From contig JBHJMP010000118.1 of NCBI GenBank assembly GCA_043381765.1, forward strand, positions 1-41,553: 41,553 bases of DNA, in the 5' to 3' direction. The notes beneath the pieces were generated by a model. The model had not been told where the DNA came from. It did not search any database and worked only from the letters and a program-made list of their open reading frames with translations. A program made the position numbers and the translations under genes. This stretch comes from Collodictyon triciliatum (Eukaryota). Below, in pieces: positions 26,947 through 38,912 of the stretch; position 1 is the stretch's first letter; the number at the start of each line of letters is the position of its first letter.

Positions 26947-28984
26947 TAGACCCTCCCTTGAGACCCAATAGGAAATTAATCACAGATTCTGATCCTTGTT
27001 CAATCACGTCCAGTGGTATATTAATTATTGGGTTGCCTTTAACATAGAGTCCCCTCTTCAACAGTTTCATTTCAGCCAGCTCATATGGTAACATCTCAAT
27101 CTATCATAAAAAGAGAGGGTCAAAAATCACTCGCACATAAATTTCAAGTTAATGACCGGACAATAAATGTAAAAAATAAACATCGGGATGCGGGGCAACC
27201 TGGTTGTCTCTAACATCTAGACTTTTGAGATTACTCAAGATACTGATTTGGGGTGGAATTCCTACCAACTAAAAGAAAAAATGGGTGAAAATGAATAATT
27301 TTTTTGTAAAACTTCGTCACCATTACTGATTTCAAAGTACCTTGTTCTTGGACAGATTTAAATTTTCCAAGGAACCCAACTGGAACAAGATATCTGGTAT
27401 CGACGTCAACTATTGATTCCAAGGTGAGTGTGCCGAGCGAAGGAAAAAGATAAATAGGCAAAATGATAAGATACTTTGCGATGCAAATATTTTGTTTTTT
27501 CTAGTAAAAACAAAAAAAAAACCTGATTGGAGGAGAAATCATATGCCTTTTTGTGAGGAAGAAGGATAATTTCGTTTGGTATTCTACGAAGGTTTTTTTG
27601 TGACATATGCACACCATCCTCCACAAGACTGATTGAATCCAGAAAACTTTGAACACTCTCAGCAAACTTGTTATTTTGCAGGTTGAGATATCTTAAAACC
27701 TCTAACCTCTTTAAGTCTGGAATTTCTGAAACCTACAAAAGTATACGAAAAGAATCTTATCATAGTATCATATTTTACACAAATTCGAGTCGAGTACATC
27801 AAATCCAATATGATTGAAAAGACAGAGATTGATGCTATAATACCTCATTGTGAGACGCAGATAGCTCCTGGAGTGATGGCATCTCGCCAATAAATGCTGG
27901 GATTTCACTAAGCTAAAGCCAGAAAATAAGATTTGGATGCGTAGTAAAGTAATTACATGGCTCATGTTTATCAAGCGAATATGACTAATATTTAAACCTA
28001 TTGAAGCATATGCACCTTATTATAATCGACAGTGAGCGCGCTTAGATATCTAAGATTTGAAATCCCATGAGGGAGGTACGACAAAAGATTTTGGGCTAAA
28101 TGTAATCTCTGAAGTTTGGTGATAGAGGATATGGCATCAGGTATGAACGAAAGTCTGTTACGCTTGAGATCGACTCCCACAAGATTTGTAATTCCCAATA
28201 ATCCCTCTGGGAGGGAGGAGAGTGAGTTTTCACCAAGTCGCAATTCGTCAAGCTTCTTTAAGTTACTCAAGTCTTCAGGGAGATGGTTAATTACATTTCC
28301 TTCTAGGGAGAGAACCGTCAGATTTGTTGCATTATGAATTCCGTATGGAAGTTCTGGGAGTTGGTTGTGATCCAAGAGTAACTCGACCAGCTTCGACATA
28401 ACAGACAGTGCTCTGGGAAGGGAATGGATAGAGTTATGGCTCAAGTGTAATCTTGAAAGAGAGAGAAGGGCTGACAACTCTTCTGGTAGGGAGGTAAGTT
28501 GGTTTTGATCCAAACCCAAGCTCCGTTAGCCCTGATAGGAGAGATATCTGAGGTGAAAGGAAGGACAGCCCTACATTTGTTAAGTGGAGGACAACCAAAT
28601 TTGTCATCAAGTAAAGGTCATCTGGTGCCCGAGGAATGCCGGTGTTTTCAATGATGAGGTTGTAGGCATTGCAAAAATTAAGATCGGCGGTAAGTGCATA
28701 CATATAGGCAGAAGACTCAAGAAGTCTGAGTCCAGGGCTGTTCTGGAGAAGTGTTGTGGTCCCCTTTGCTGCCATGGTGCGGCTGCTTTCTGCTCTCAAA
28801 AAATGAAATGAAACAATATACAGCATTAGGAGGGCAATCACAACAACCTGCTTTCAACCATGACCTTGATGCGCCTTGTGTACGATTCCTCCACCTTAGC
28901 CCTTTGCAACAGGTTTTTTGTTGTTGCTCTTTCTCTGTCCACTCTCTTTGGCACCGTCTCTACCTTTGCAGTGTTTGCTTTCTG

Positions 28985-29051
28985 TCCTTTTCCTTTTCCT
29001 TTTTCTTTTTCTCTTTATTTTTCTTTTTCTCTTTATTTTTCTTTTTCTTTT

Positions 29052-29123
<72 letters not shown>
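28985..29123. repeat. Poly-T / pyrimidine tract
   Basis: TTTTTC units followed by a long T homopolymer. Confidence 0.9.
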
Positions 29124-29127
<4 letters not shown>

Positions 29128-30378
29128 TTCTCTTAGCTTTTTTTCGTATTGCGCCACCTTTCATTCCCTGGTTGTAGTGTGTGGGCAATAGAAGTGCTGT
29201 GCGGTACTTCTGTCCTCGGTCTGAATGGTGCCACGCATTTGGCGTTTCAACAAAGCTAATAAATCAAAAAAAGTCTTCCAGAATTGATCAGAATATTCGT
29301 TGAAATAGTACAAATTCTGGATAATTCATTGTATGACATCGTGTTATAGTCACCACTGTAGCAAATCTTAGCTCAATGCTATGATCGATTTTACATTGAT
29401 TCTATCTTTATTAGTAAAAATCTATAGAAATTTTGAACAATTGCTTGTGGAATATACTGAAAAATGTGGGTTGATTATCTTGTTTTGGTTTGTTAACTTT
29501 ATCAATTATGGAATATATTAATTTTGATATTTACCACTATACAATCAGTAATTATGGGCATACATATATCAATAGTACCAACAGCATTATAAAGTCTATA
29601 ATATACGTCTATTTTTATTCAACAACTTCGCTATGCCTTATTCCACACCCACACGAGCCCCAAACGCCTTCGCAAGATAACAAGCTAAACCATCACAAGA
29701 AGATTCAAAGCTGAAGGCAAAACGACATCGTGGATGAGCAAGAGACGCACAAGCTTCGACGATGTGCAGCCCTCCATTCGTCTTAGTCCGCCTTGCAACA
29801 AATAATCCTGGTAAACACGCGCTACAATTCCATCTGCGCCATTTATCTTTACTAAAAAAAGAAGAAAAAAAAAGAGAAAAGGGTCAATAATACCCCACTC
29901 GAATCATTTTAGATGTAGAATAAACTTCCCTCCCTCAGATGATGCAAGTTTGGTTGTGCTCTGTTTGCAAACATCCGCGCCCCAGATTTCCCCTGCCCCT
30001 GCGCTATTATTTCCTTTGTTTGCTTGGGTGGCACTAGAAATTTTTATGATACCATATAAAGTCCGATCGACCAATCTATTTCCTGTTCAGAAAGCCACAA
30101 CAACAGCAACAAAACATCATCAGCATTAATCTGGTTCCTCACATACTTTGTCGCCCTGATTCAGCCAAGTTTCTGCCGTCACACAGAGACTCACGCAACC
30201 AAGACAACGACACCAAACAAAGCGAACAGTCATAAGCGCCAGCAAACTCACATCGAACGGAAGCGGGATGTGCCGTCGGACACATCGCACACAATGCGGC
30301 CCTTCAAAGCAGAGTCCGCCAAGAGCGACTGACGCACAACCACATTTGTAGCCCAACCTTTCGGCCGCAGAGCAGGAC

Positions 30379-33300
30379 ATGAATCGCAGCAAAAAGCCCA
30401 ACTCGCTGCCTGCTGTGAAGCAGACAGAAAGCCCGGCTCTCTTCCCGGTCGATGTGGAGGCGAAGCTGGAAGGCTTTGTCGGACGGGCCGTGGATTTGGC
30501 TGAAAAGACTCCGTTCGAGTTTCTTGTCCCTGATGCGGATCTTCAGCAGCAGTCGCGGCAATGCGCACACGGCTTCTTGGAATTGGGTATCCCTTCGATA
30601 GTCTGGCCATCAGTTTTCTGGGCTTTTAGTCATATCCTCCTTTCATACTCTATACTTTATTTTATTTTGTTGCATATTCAATATGTCCCACGTGCGGACC
30701 TCTTTTGGGGCTGCGTACATGAATTAAATCATTTGCCTAAACCTTCCTTGGAATATGTAAAACTACAGGCCTTCGCTTCCAACCGAAACACCCTCAGTTT
30801 CTCGACCGAATCCAGTTCGAACCGCTCGATCATCAGCAGTACTGGGAGGCGATGCTTCTCTTTCTAAACCCTACCATCTCCCAGGCTGAGCAAATGATGC
30901 GTGAAACAGATCCATTCGGGCCGCTTGAGTCTCTTCACAAGATTGCTGTTTGTGCTCTTATACTAATGCGATGTTGGTTGCATGCGCCTCCTTTCTCATC
31001 GTATATATTTTCTTTCGATCTATGCTTTTCGATCTACGTTTTTTTTTTTTTGTGTTTGCTTTGTGTTATGAATATGTGTTGCTCCTCTCTATTAGCACGG
31101 AGAAATGTCTGGTATTCAAGAAGCTAACCTCGAAGAAGATGGTGAAGATAATCAGTGTGAAGAAGACGAAAAAGATGATATAGAAGGTAATGAAGAAGAG
31201 GATGAAGATGAGAATGAAGATGAAGATGAGGATGGACAAGAAGAGGAAGGTGGTGAAGATGAAGATGAAGATAATGAGGAAGATGCTGATGACGAGGAAA
31301 ATCCGCACAATGAATTTAATATGCGTGATGAGGATAACCTTAGCGAAGGAGAAGCTGATATCAGTGCCCCAGTATTGGACAAGAAAGAACTTGCTAAGCT
31401 GAAGGCGAAAAAAGTGAAAAGTATAATTTCTTCACTTATAATTAAGCATATTTATATAGACTGACTTAATTTAACACACCAAATTGTTATTCCTTCAGGC
31501 GAGTTGGAGGGACATGAAATGTTCTTTCGTTTGGGGGACATGGAAAAGTTCATTCGTGATGCCGAGGAAGCCGAATACGATGATCAAGATGAAGGGGATG
31601 AAAGCAGCTCTGAAGACGGTAAAGGCGCCGTAGTTATTTCCAAACCCAAATATGATAGCAATAATAATACTAATATTACTGCTATTAATAATAATAATAA
31701 AATACGAAAGCTGAAATCTAGTATATTACGAAAGTATGGGGTTGAAACCATCACTCAAAAGACAAAAATACGGTCTTAATTACCAAAAAAAAAAATAAAA
31801 TAAGTAATCGATGGCTAGCTATCCAAAGCCAACACCTCCACTATCCCGTACAAAATTGAAAGGAAATATAAAAAAATTAATCATTATGCACTGAAATAGA
31901 AACTCCCAGAAAAGGAAAACCTGCCAAGATGACAAAGAGTAAAGAGTTTGATGACCCACCCCTATTAGAATAATATATGCCTTTCTATTTGATTTTGTGA
32001 TTCTATTATTATAATCGCATCTAAAGTATTATTATGTTCATCCCGCCTTATCATATCTTTAAATTTTTCTAGAAACTATTGAATTCGCCGATGAAGAGGA
32101 TGACGAAGATGATGAGGGTGAATTCGATGAAGTTTACGACGATTTTGACGGAAGAGATGCAAAATACTCTGATTTCTTTGATAACCCCAACGAATCAAAG
32201 TGATCATTTTTCATTTTGTCACACTTTTCTCAATTTATAATTTTACTGGATTTTTAATGATTAAATATTAGTTTTTAAAAGAAAATAAACTAAAGAATCG
32301 TAACACATTCAGGAGTTATGACGAAGAATACATAAGCGATGAAGATCACGATTCCGATGCAGATGGTGGTGAGGATGATGGCGATGGTGCAGAGGATGAT
32401 GAAGGCGCTGATTTGGATGAAGAAGGAAAGACAGAGGATGATGATATTGGAAACGATGCAGACATTAAAGGCTTGATGAACTTGAATCAGCCGAGTTATT
32501 ATGCAACTGCTCTTATTCTTGATTAAAATATCCATATAACTTCAAAATCAAGATTCCACTCTGCAAAATATTTAAAACTCTAACGATGAGGTATTCTAGT
32601 TATCTTTTTTTTTTTTTAATTGCATATCTCTTTTTTAGAATCCAAGTTTGAACAAAAGATGGACAAGACAAGAGAGAAAATTAAGCAGTTGGAGGACATC
32701 AACGTCGAAAAAAAAATCTGGTCGATGATTGGAGAAGTCACTTCCAAGGAACGTCCTCTCAATTCTCTTCTTGAAGCAGATGTGGAATTTCAACAAGGCA
32801 TCAAAGTAAATTGCTTTTATCTAAACAAACCGTTCCACATTGTGTCAGCAATGTCCTTACGTATGCAAGGATGAATTATGTAGCAAAGATTTTACACAAT
32901 AGGCCAAACCTATCATCACAGAAGAGTTCACACAAACGATTGAAGAAATGATCAAGAAGAGGATTCGTGATGTAAGTTAAGCTCTGAAACATGATTTTTT
33001 TTTCCATTTTAACTCCTTTTTAGTAACGGACCCATTGTAGCATGCAGTTCATATCTTGTTTTCTTTTTCTGGAGATTAGGGGGAATTTGACGATGTTCTA
33101 CCAAAAGTTGCCTTGAACTTTAAAAGCAGAGAGGAAGTAGAACTCAATCAAGAAAAGAGCAAACAAGGTCTCGCTGAAGTCTACGAGGAAGAGGCGAGTC
33201 TCATTGCTTAGCTTTACGTCGGAGCTCCTTTTTTTTCCTTTTCCTTTTTTCCTTTTTTCCTTTTTTCCTTTTTTCCTTTTTTCCTTTTTTCCTTTTTTCC

Positions 33301-34687
33301 TTTTTTCCTTTTTTCCTTTTTTCCTTTTTTCCTTTTTTTTCCTTTTCTTTTTCTTTTTCTTTTTCTTTTTCTTTTTCTTTTTCTTTTTCTTTTTCTTTTT
33401 CTTTTTCTTTTTCTTTTTCTTTTTCTTTTTCTTTTTCTTTTGTATGTATGTATGTATGTATGTATGTATGTATGTATGTATGTATGTATGTATGTATGTA
33501 TGTATGTATGTATGTATGTATGTATGTATGTATATATGTGTGCGTTTAAATTAAAAAGATAGAACAAAATCAAAATCATTCAACTTTACCACCTACTTTC
33601 AAATCTATCCAGTACATGAAAAAAGCATTTGCAGCAGAGGATCCATCCACCCTAAAGGCGAAATATGACGAAATCACTGATATATTCAAAAGCCTTTGTT
33701 ACAAGTTGGATGCTTTATCAAACTTCCACTTTACACCAAAGCCCGTATGTTTGAACATAATTTAATATTTTCTTTATTCGTAATTATGAAGGTAGAGAAA
33801 ATTGTCTATGATGTTTTTTTTTAAGAGATCCCTCTCCCTTCCTCTCCCTTTCTTTCCCTTTCTTAGATTCACTTTTATTCATAGACGAACTGATAGCGAT
33901 ATACTCGTTGATTAATATCACCCACAGGTCAAAGCTGATTTGACTGTCGTCTCCAATGCGCCTGCACTGCACCTCGAAGAAATCACACCTGCCGTCTCTA
34001 GCACCGCTGCGAGACTTGCTCCGCAAGAAGTTTACTCCCGACCAGATCAACCGATGCTGGTAAGAAATGGCATTTATTGCCAGCTTGCTTGTTCTTTTGC
34101 ATATTGATTGCTTTTGGTTTCTGAGACATCCGTTGATTTTTCACATAGTGTTATTTTGATAGAGGGTAAAGGTATCATATGTATTCAACTCTACATTATG
34201 AAATTAGGGAGAAACCGAGAAATCGAGAGAGGACAGAAAGAGACTACGTCGACAGCGAAAAGAGAAGAGACGCAAGCAGCAGACCCAAAAAGAGCATAAA
34301 CAAAGGATTCTCGAAAAGATCGACCCGAACCTTGCTGCAAAGAATTCTCGCAAGCGAGCAGTCGAAGCCATTAAAAGCGATAAAAAGGTTTCTTTACTCG
34401 AACCCTAATCTTTGGTTCCACTTTCTCCAACTTCATTTTTCTGTCAAATTAGAATGAAAAAAAAAATTAAGAAAAAAAAAAAGAGATATCATGTTCTAAC
34501 AGTTGTATTGTCCTTTGTGCAGATTATCAAAGTCGGCGCGGGAGACAAGTCTCAGGGCGGTAATCTCAGTCGCTCAACTGCGTTCTTTGCTAAGCTCCAA
34601 AGCGATGTCACAAACAGCATCAAAAGCGCAACCGCCCCAAAGGCCAAGGAGAAACCCAAGCAGTCTGCAAGCAAACTCAAACTCTAA
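30379..34687 (+). CDS. MPP10: U3 snoRNP / SSU processome protein Mpp10 (about 12 exons)
   Basis: Spliced translation: long acidic tracts, KSELEGHEMFFRLGDMEKF, SKFEQ...KIKQLE...KIWSMIGEVTSKERPLNSLLE, KPIITEEFTQTIEEMIKKRIRD-GEFDDV, EKSKQGLAEVYEEE-Y, KLDALSNFHFTPKP, LAPQEVY, RSTAFFAKLQ...ASKLKL TAA. No frameshift needed. Confidence 0.93.
33228..33535. repeat. Compound intronic microsatellite (TTTTTTCC)n-(TTTTTC)n-(TATG)n
   Basis: Directly visible within MPP10 intron 33194-33612. Confidence 0.95.
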
Positions 34688-35238
34688 ACTCTTTCTCCGC
34701 AATAATCACAAACAACATAAACCGCACACGCACACACCCACGGTTTAGTTAAACCCAAACTCTGGTCGAGTCACCGCAAGCCATTTTCGTCAACATATCT
34801 TTGGCGTGAAAGTGGAGCGGAAGTGAATGATGAAAAGTGATGGAAAAAATAGAGGGCGAAAAGGTAATAGTTGAGTAAAATGATTCTGAGTTCTTGATTT
34901 AGTTTTATTCATGCACAGGGTCAAAGCAAGTTTCTTATAAGTCTAAGAGAGATTGGAGTGAGGCTCATACAAGGGTAGTGCGTGAAAGAATTGAAAGAAG
35001 AGTGTCGTGTGTAAGTTGCAGATTGGCAGAGTTTGGCCTCTCTTCCTTTGTCTTCTTTTTATTGTTTGAGATAGGGAAGGGAGGTATTTATAAGTAGCGC
35101 AACTACATTTACATGGGGCAGCATTAAGTCCTTCTAAGGAATAACATTCACCCACAGACCAATACGACGGCCACGAAAAGAGTGGTCTATGATAATAATA
35201 TCATGCTTCTCTTAATTATACAAGCTAACTGAGCCAGC

Positions 35239-38162
35239 CTACGGGTCAAGCCAATCCCCGCTGTCATCACTCGGGACGTAGTCGCTTTCGTCAGATTGCA
35301 TTAGACTCGCTTTTCGAACCGAGAGGGCTTGCTTTAGCATGGTTGTGAATGACTTCATGAAATTGATGGACTGCCGTACGTTGTTCTGCAATTGAATAAT
35401 CACAAAAGAAAGGAAGAAAGAAGTAAAGCCACAGAGTCAGGTTGAAGTATATGAATTACAAAATCTCTCAACTAGAGTGGACACGAATGCTGGTGCTCTG
35501 TACATTCCAGCAATATCCATGTGGGGTTTAAATATTGGACGGTGTTGGACAGCCAAACCTTTCGCGGGGGTTGCTCGGCCACCTTTCGAAGAGAAATGCC
35601 CTGCCGAATCTCCTCCAAGAGCATGGCCATCGGTGCTGCGACAAAGAAGCAAGTTATGGGTGCGGCATAACAAAACTAAAACAAGGGAAACAAAAAGGGA
35701 GGCTTGTATATGTTTGATAGGCATTCGAATCAGACTGCTCTAAATGGAGCTTATATAAATGAATAAATTGCTCTTAAGTCACAGCTTATGTTAAAATATG
35801 AACAACCATAGTATGGAGAGTCTGTACATATTCAAAGGCAGTGTTACTTCTTTTCTCTTTTCTTTCTTTTTTTTTTTTAAAAAAAAAAGGTATGGAGAAT
35901 ATTTTGTATGTACGAACTTGTATCTTTTGTTTTGTTCTTTGGAGATTCGGAAATATTGACATGCTTTAGATTTCCTGCCTTTTGTCGCATTTCATTCATA
36001 AGTTGGGACTGTACATCCATCGAACCTAATTATGAGTTAAAAAATAGATACATATTTAATAAAGAAAAAGATAGATGAATAAAACAACCACATGAAAAGG
36101 ATAAAGTTAGCATCTGTAGGGAAGCAAATAAGTGATTGCTCTCTCAAAAAAACAAAAACAAAAACAAAAACAAAAACAAAACAAGAAAAAAACAAGAAAA
36201 AAAACAAGGATTTTCATTCCACAAACCTGACTTTGGTCCGTTCGCCTTGTTGGGTTCAAGATTATCATGGCGCTTCTTCAGGGCAACTGCAGCAAGGTCA
36301 GACGGCGAGAAAGGTATGCCACCAAAAGCTCTGTTATCTGCACCAGCAGAAGAAAAAGAGGGGATTTCTTTTGCAGAGGTGGGAAAAGAATGAGGAATTG
36401 GTGGCGGTGGCGGTGGCGGCGGTGGCAGTGGCAGAGAAAAGTTAGGTAGAGATGGGGGAATCACGCTGGTCTGTTTTTCATTGGGCGTGGGTGTAGATTG
36501 TGCTTCGAAAGAGAACGGGAGGGAAAGGACGGCCTTGTGTGCGTTGGATGCAAGCAGGGAAACAGGAGTAAGTGCACTGAGACCGACCCACGTGCCTGTG
36601 AGCGACTCTGGAGCCGCCTTGCCTGCCCACAGGTTAAAGTCCAGCATGCAGGCTTCCACGCGGGATGCTACGTCTGCCATGGTGCCTGCAAATGCAGCCA
36701 GATGCGGGACAAAAGCGGGCAACCCCGTTTCTGCCTGCGTCCCGCCGCGCTCCACGTCAAAGCCCGCCACGGCCTGGGTGAGGACGGTGAGCTGCGCAGA
36801 CATGGCCGATATGGACGAGTAGAGTGCCTTGAGCGTAGTCTGGACCACAGAGGACTCCTTTGCGATGCGCATCTTGTCCTTCTCGGCAAGCATCTGCGTC
36901 TGCTCCAGCTGCCTGATCTGCTTCTCGAGCTCATCCACACCGATGTTTTCGATCACGTCGGTGATTGCACGCGTGGCCATCTTTGCAGAGGCAGCATCAG
37001 GCCCGGTCTTTCCTTTCTCATTGCCTTTGTCTTTGTCTTTTGCCCTCTCCTTTGCTGCAGACGCATGACTGAAGCGGAAGCGCGGCGGCGGAGGCCCGAC
37101 GATGCCCTGGATGGAAGGCAGCGGCGCAGACAGCGAATCTGCGTCGGACGCGGCAGACCGGCTCTGCTGCTGGGCCGGATTTGAGCGGCGGGACGCTTCG
37201 TCCCAGGCGGCAGACGGCTTTCTGCGCAGGGCAGAGACGGGCTCGGCATCGGGCGGTGCCTCCGCCCCAGGGCCCCGCATCTGCTGCATCTGCTGCTCGT
37301 AGTGCTGCTGCATCTGCCGCAGACGCGACTTGTACATGCGCGTGCGCTCGCTCAGGGCGCGCTGCTGGTCGTAGACCTTCCTCTGCAGCTCGGCAACACT
37401 CCTCTCCAGGTCAAAGATTTTGCGCTCCTGCGTCAGCTTCTGCGCAAGAAACGCCTTCTGCTTCGGCTCTACACCGGGCGGGTTAGCAGCTGTTGCCGTT
37501 GCCGTTGCTGTTGCTGTTGAGAGTGATGGTGATGGTGATGGCGATGGCGATGGCGATGGCTTTGTTCGGCGTGGCTGTGCGGAGGCTGCGGCCGTGGCAT
37601 TCGGAGAATCGCTCTGCGGCTGCGACTCGAGCGAGAGGACAGCCTGCTGCAGGCGCTGGACTTCGCGGTCGTACATGTCGCACATCTTATCGTAGAGCGA
37701 CTGCAAGCGCAGATTGTCCTGGGCCACTGCATCCAGCCGCTGCCGGGCCGTCGTCGCCTGCTGCTGCAGCCCGTCCTTGTCGGCCGCGAGGATCCGGCAG
37801 TCCTGCTCGAGGCGTCGGATCTGTGCGCTCTGCTCCTGCACCTGCGACTCCAGCGCAGTGATCTTTGCAACAGGCGGCGGCGCTTTTGGCCCGGGGCTCG
37901 CGTGCCGGCCGGATTGGGCGGACGATCCGCGCGTGGCCGCCGCAGTGCCGGGTGGGCCGTGTGTGCTGCTCGGTGCCGCCGGGGCGCAGACGCGTTGTGT
38001 GCCGGGATCGGAGAGCAGCAGCTGCGACGGCGTGGGTTGCCGTCCCCGCGCAGAGGCGAGTGTCGCAGGCGCAGCCGGAGTTTCGCTTGGGCGTCGCGCT
38101 GATCGCAGCCCTTCGATTGGACGCCGCACCTGCGTCCCAGCAGAGCCGGAGCGGACAGACAT
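35239..38162 (-). CDS. Coiled-coil / polyproline / WH2-central-acidic (WCA) protein, putative Arp2/3 nucleation-promoting factor; exons 38162-36227, 35635-35559, 35385-35239
   Basis: GT-AG splicing joins ...PPPPPPPPP...FSPSDLAAVALKKRH...GPKS-APMAMLLEEIRQGISLRKVAEQPPRK-NNVRQSINFMKSFTTMLKQALSVRKASLMQSDESDYVPSDDSGDWLDP TAG. Phases 1 and 0 match exactly. Confidence 0.85.
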
Positions 38163-38471
38163 CGGGGGAGTCCTTCTTTTGTTGTGGTTTTTTTGTTTTT
38201 GTTCTTTGTTTTTGTTCTTGTTTTTATTTGTGGGTATTTGGGGTTGGGTGTGAAGAAGGCTACGGTGGCTGATTAGCGCCCGCATGCGTGTGTGTGTGCG
38301 TCTTTCCTTATCTTGTTGGGTAGGAAACTGTATATGATTACATGTATGTGTATCTGTGTGTGTGTATGGGTGTGCGTCATTCCCTTCGGTGGAAGGTCAG
38401 AAAACGTCTCTGTCTTAATCTTTCGCCCTGTTTTTCCTCTTCTTCCTCTTTTTTTTTTTTTTCCTTTTTTT

Positions 38472-38528
<57 letters not shown>

Positions 38529-38646
38529 TTGGCCAGACGACGCTGCAAGGCTACATGGGAGCGTGTATACTCCAGCCTGTTCTTGTGAGAGTGCAAAACT
38601 TGTGCGCAGGAAAAGGGCGAAGCGTCCGGCGGCATCAGCGGGTCTC

Positions 38647-38832
38647 CTAGGACTGCTTGCGGGCAGCGGCCTTCTGTGCAACCAGAGCTGCGATGCTGAA
38701 CATGCCCGATGCGCCGGCTGGTGGCTTCTTTCCTCCTGTGTCTGGGCCGCCTGGGCCGCCCAACGACCCTGCGGAGGCGCTGCTTGTCTATTGTTTAAGC
38801 AGAGAGAAAGAGAGAAAGAGAGAAAGAGAGAA

Positions 38833-38912
<80 letters not shown>

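Larger units (their letters stand above)
22235..28775 (-). pseudogene. Roco-family gene (LRR-ROC-COR-TKL-type kinase-SAM-like-LRR), disrupted as assembled by two +1 frameshifts and an LTR-like insertion
   Basis: LRRs (LxxLxLxxNxL) from 28700 to 27000. ROC: LLLLGEGETGKTTL, RTDGI, WDFGGQDEFQVTHPFFLS. COR: ALSFLHDLGSIIWY...IFLDPLFL. Kinase: LAKGSYGRVY, HEDLKADNVM, IVDFG, GTANWQAPE. Further LRR exons 23400-22700. Frame breaks near 28515 and 26260, insertion at 26715-26946. Roco identity is secure; pseudogene status, start codon and last exon (22279-22235, across a gap) are less certain. Confidence 0.7.

Noticed and set aside
30587-30768. MPP10 intron 1 donor GTATCCCTT resembles the U12 consensus GTATCCTT
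   Set aside because: Imperfect donor match and no clear TCCTTAAC branch site near the acceptor; cannot be called without position-weight scoring.
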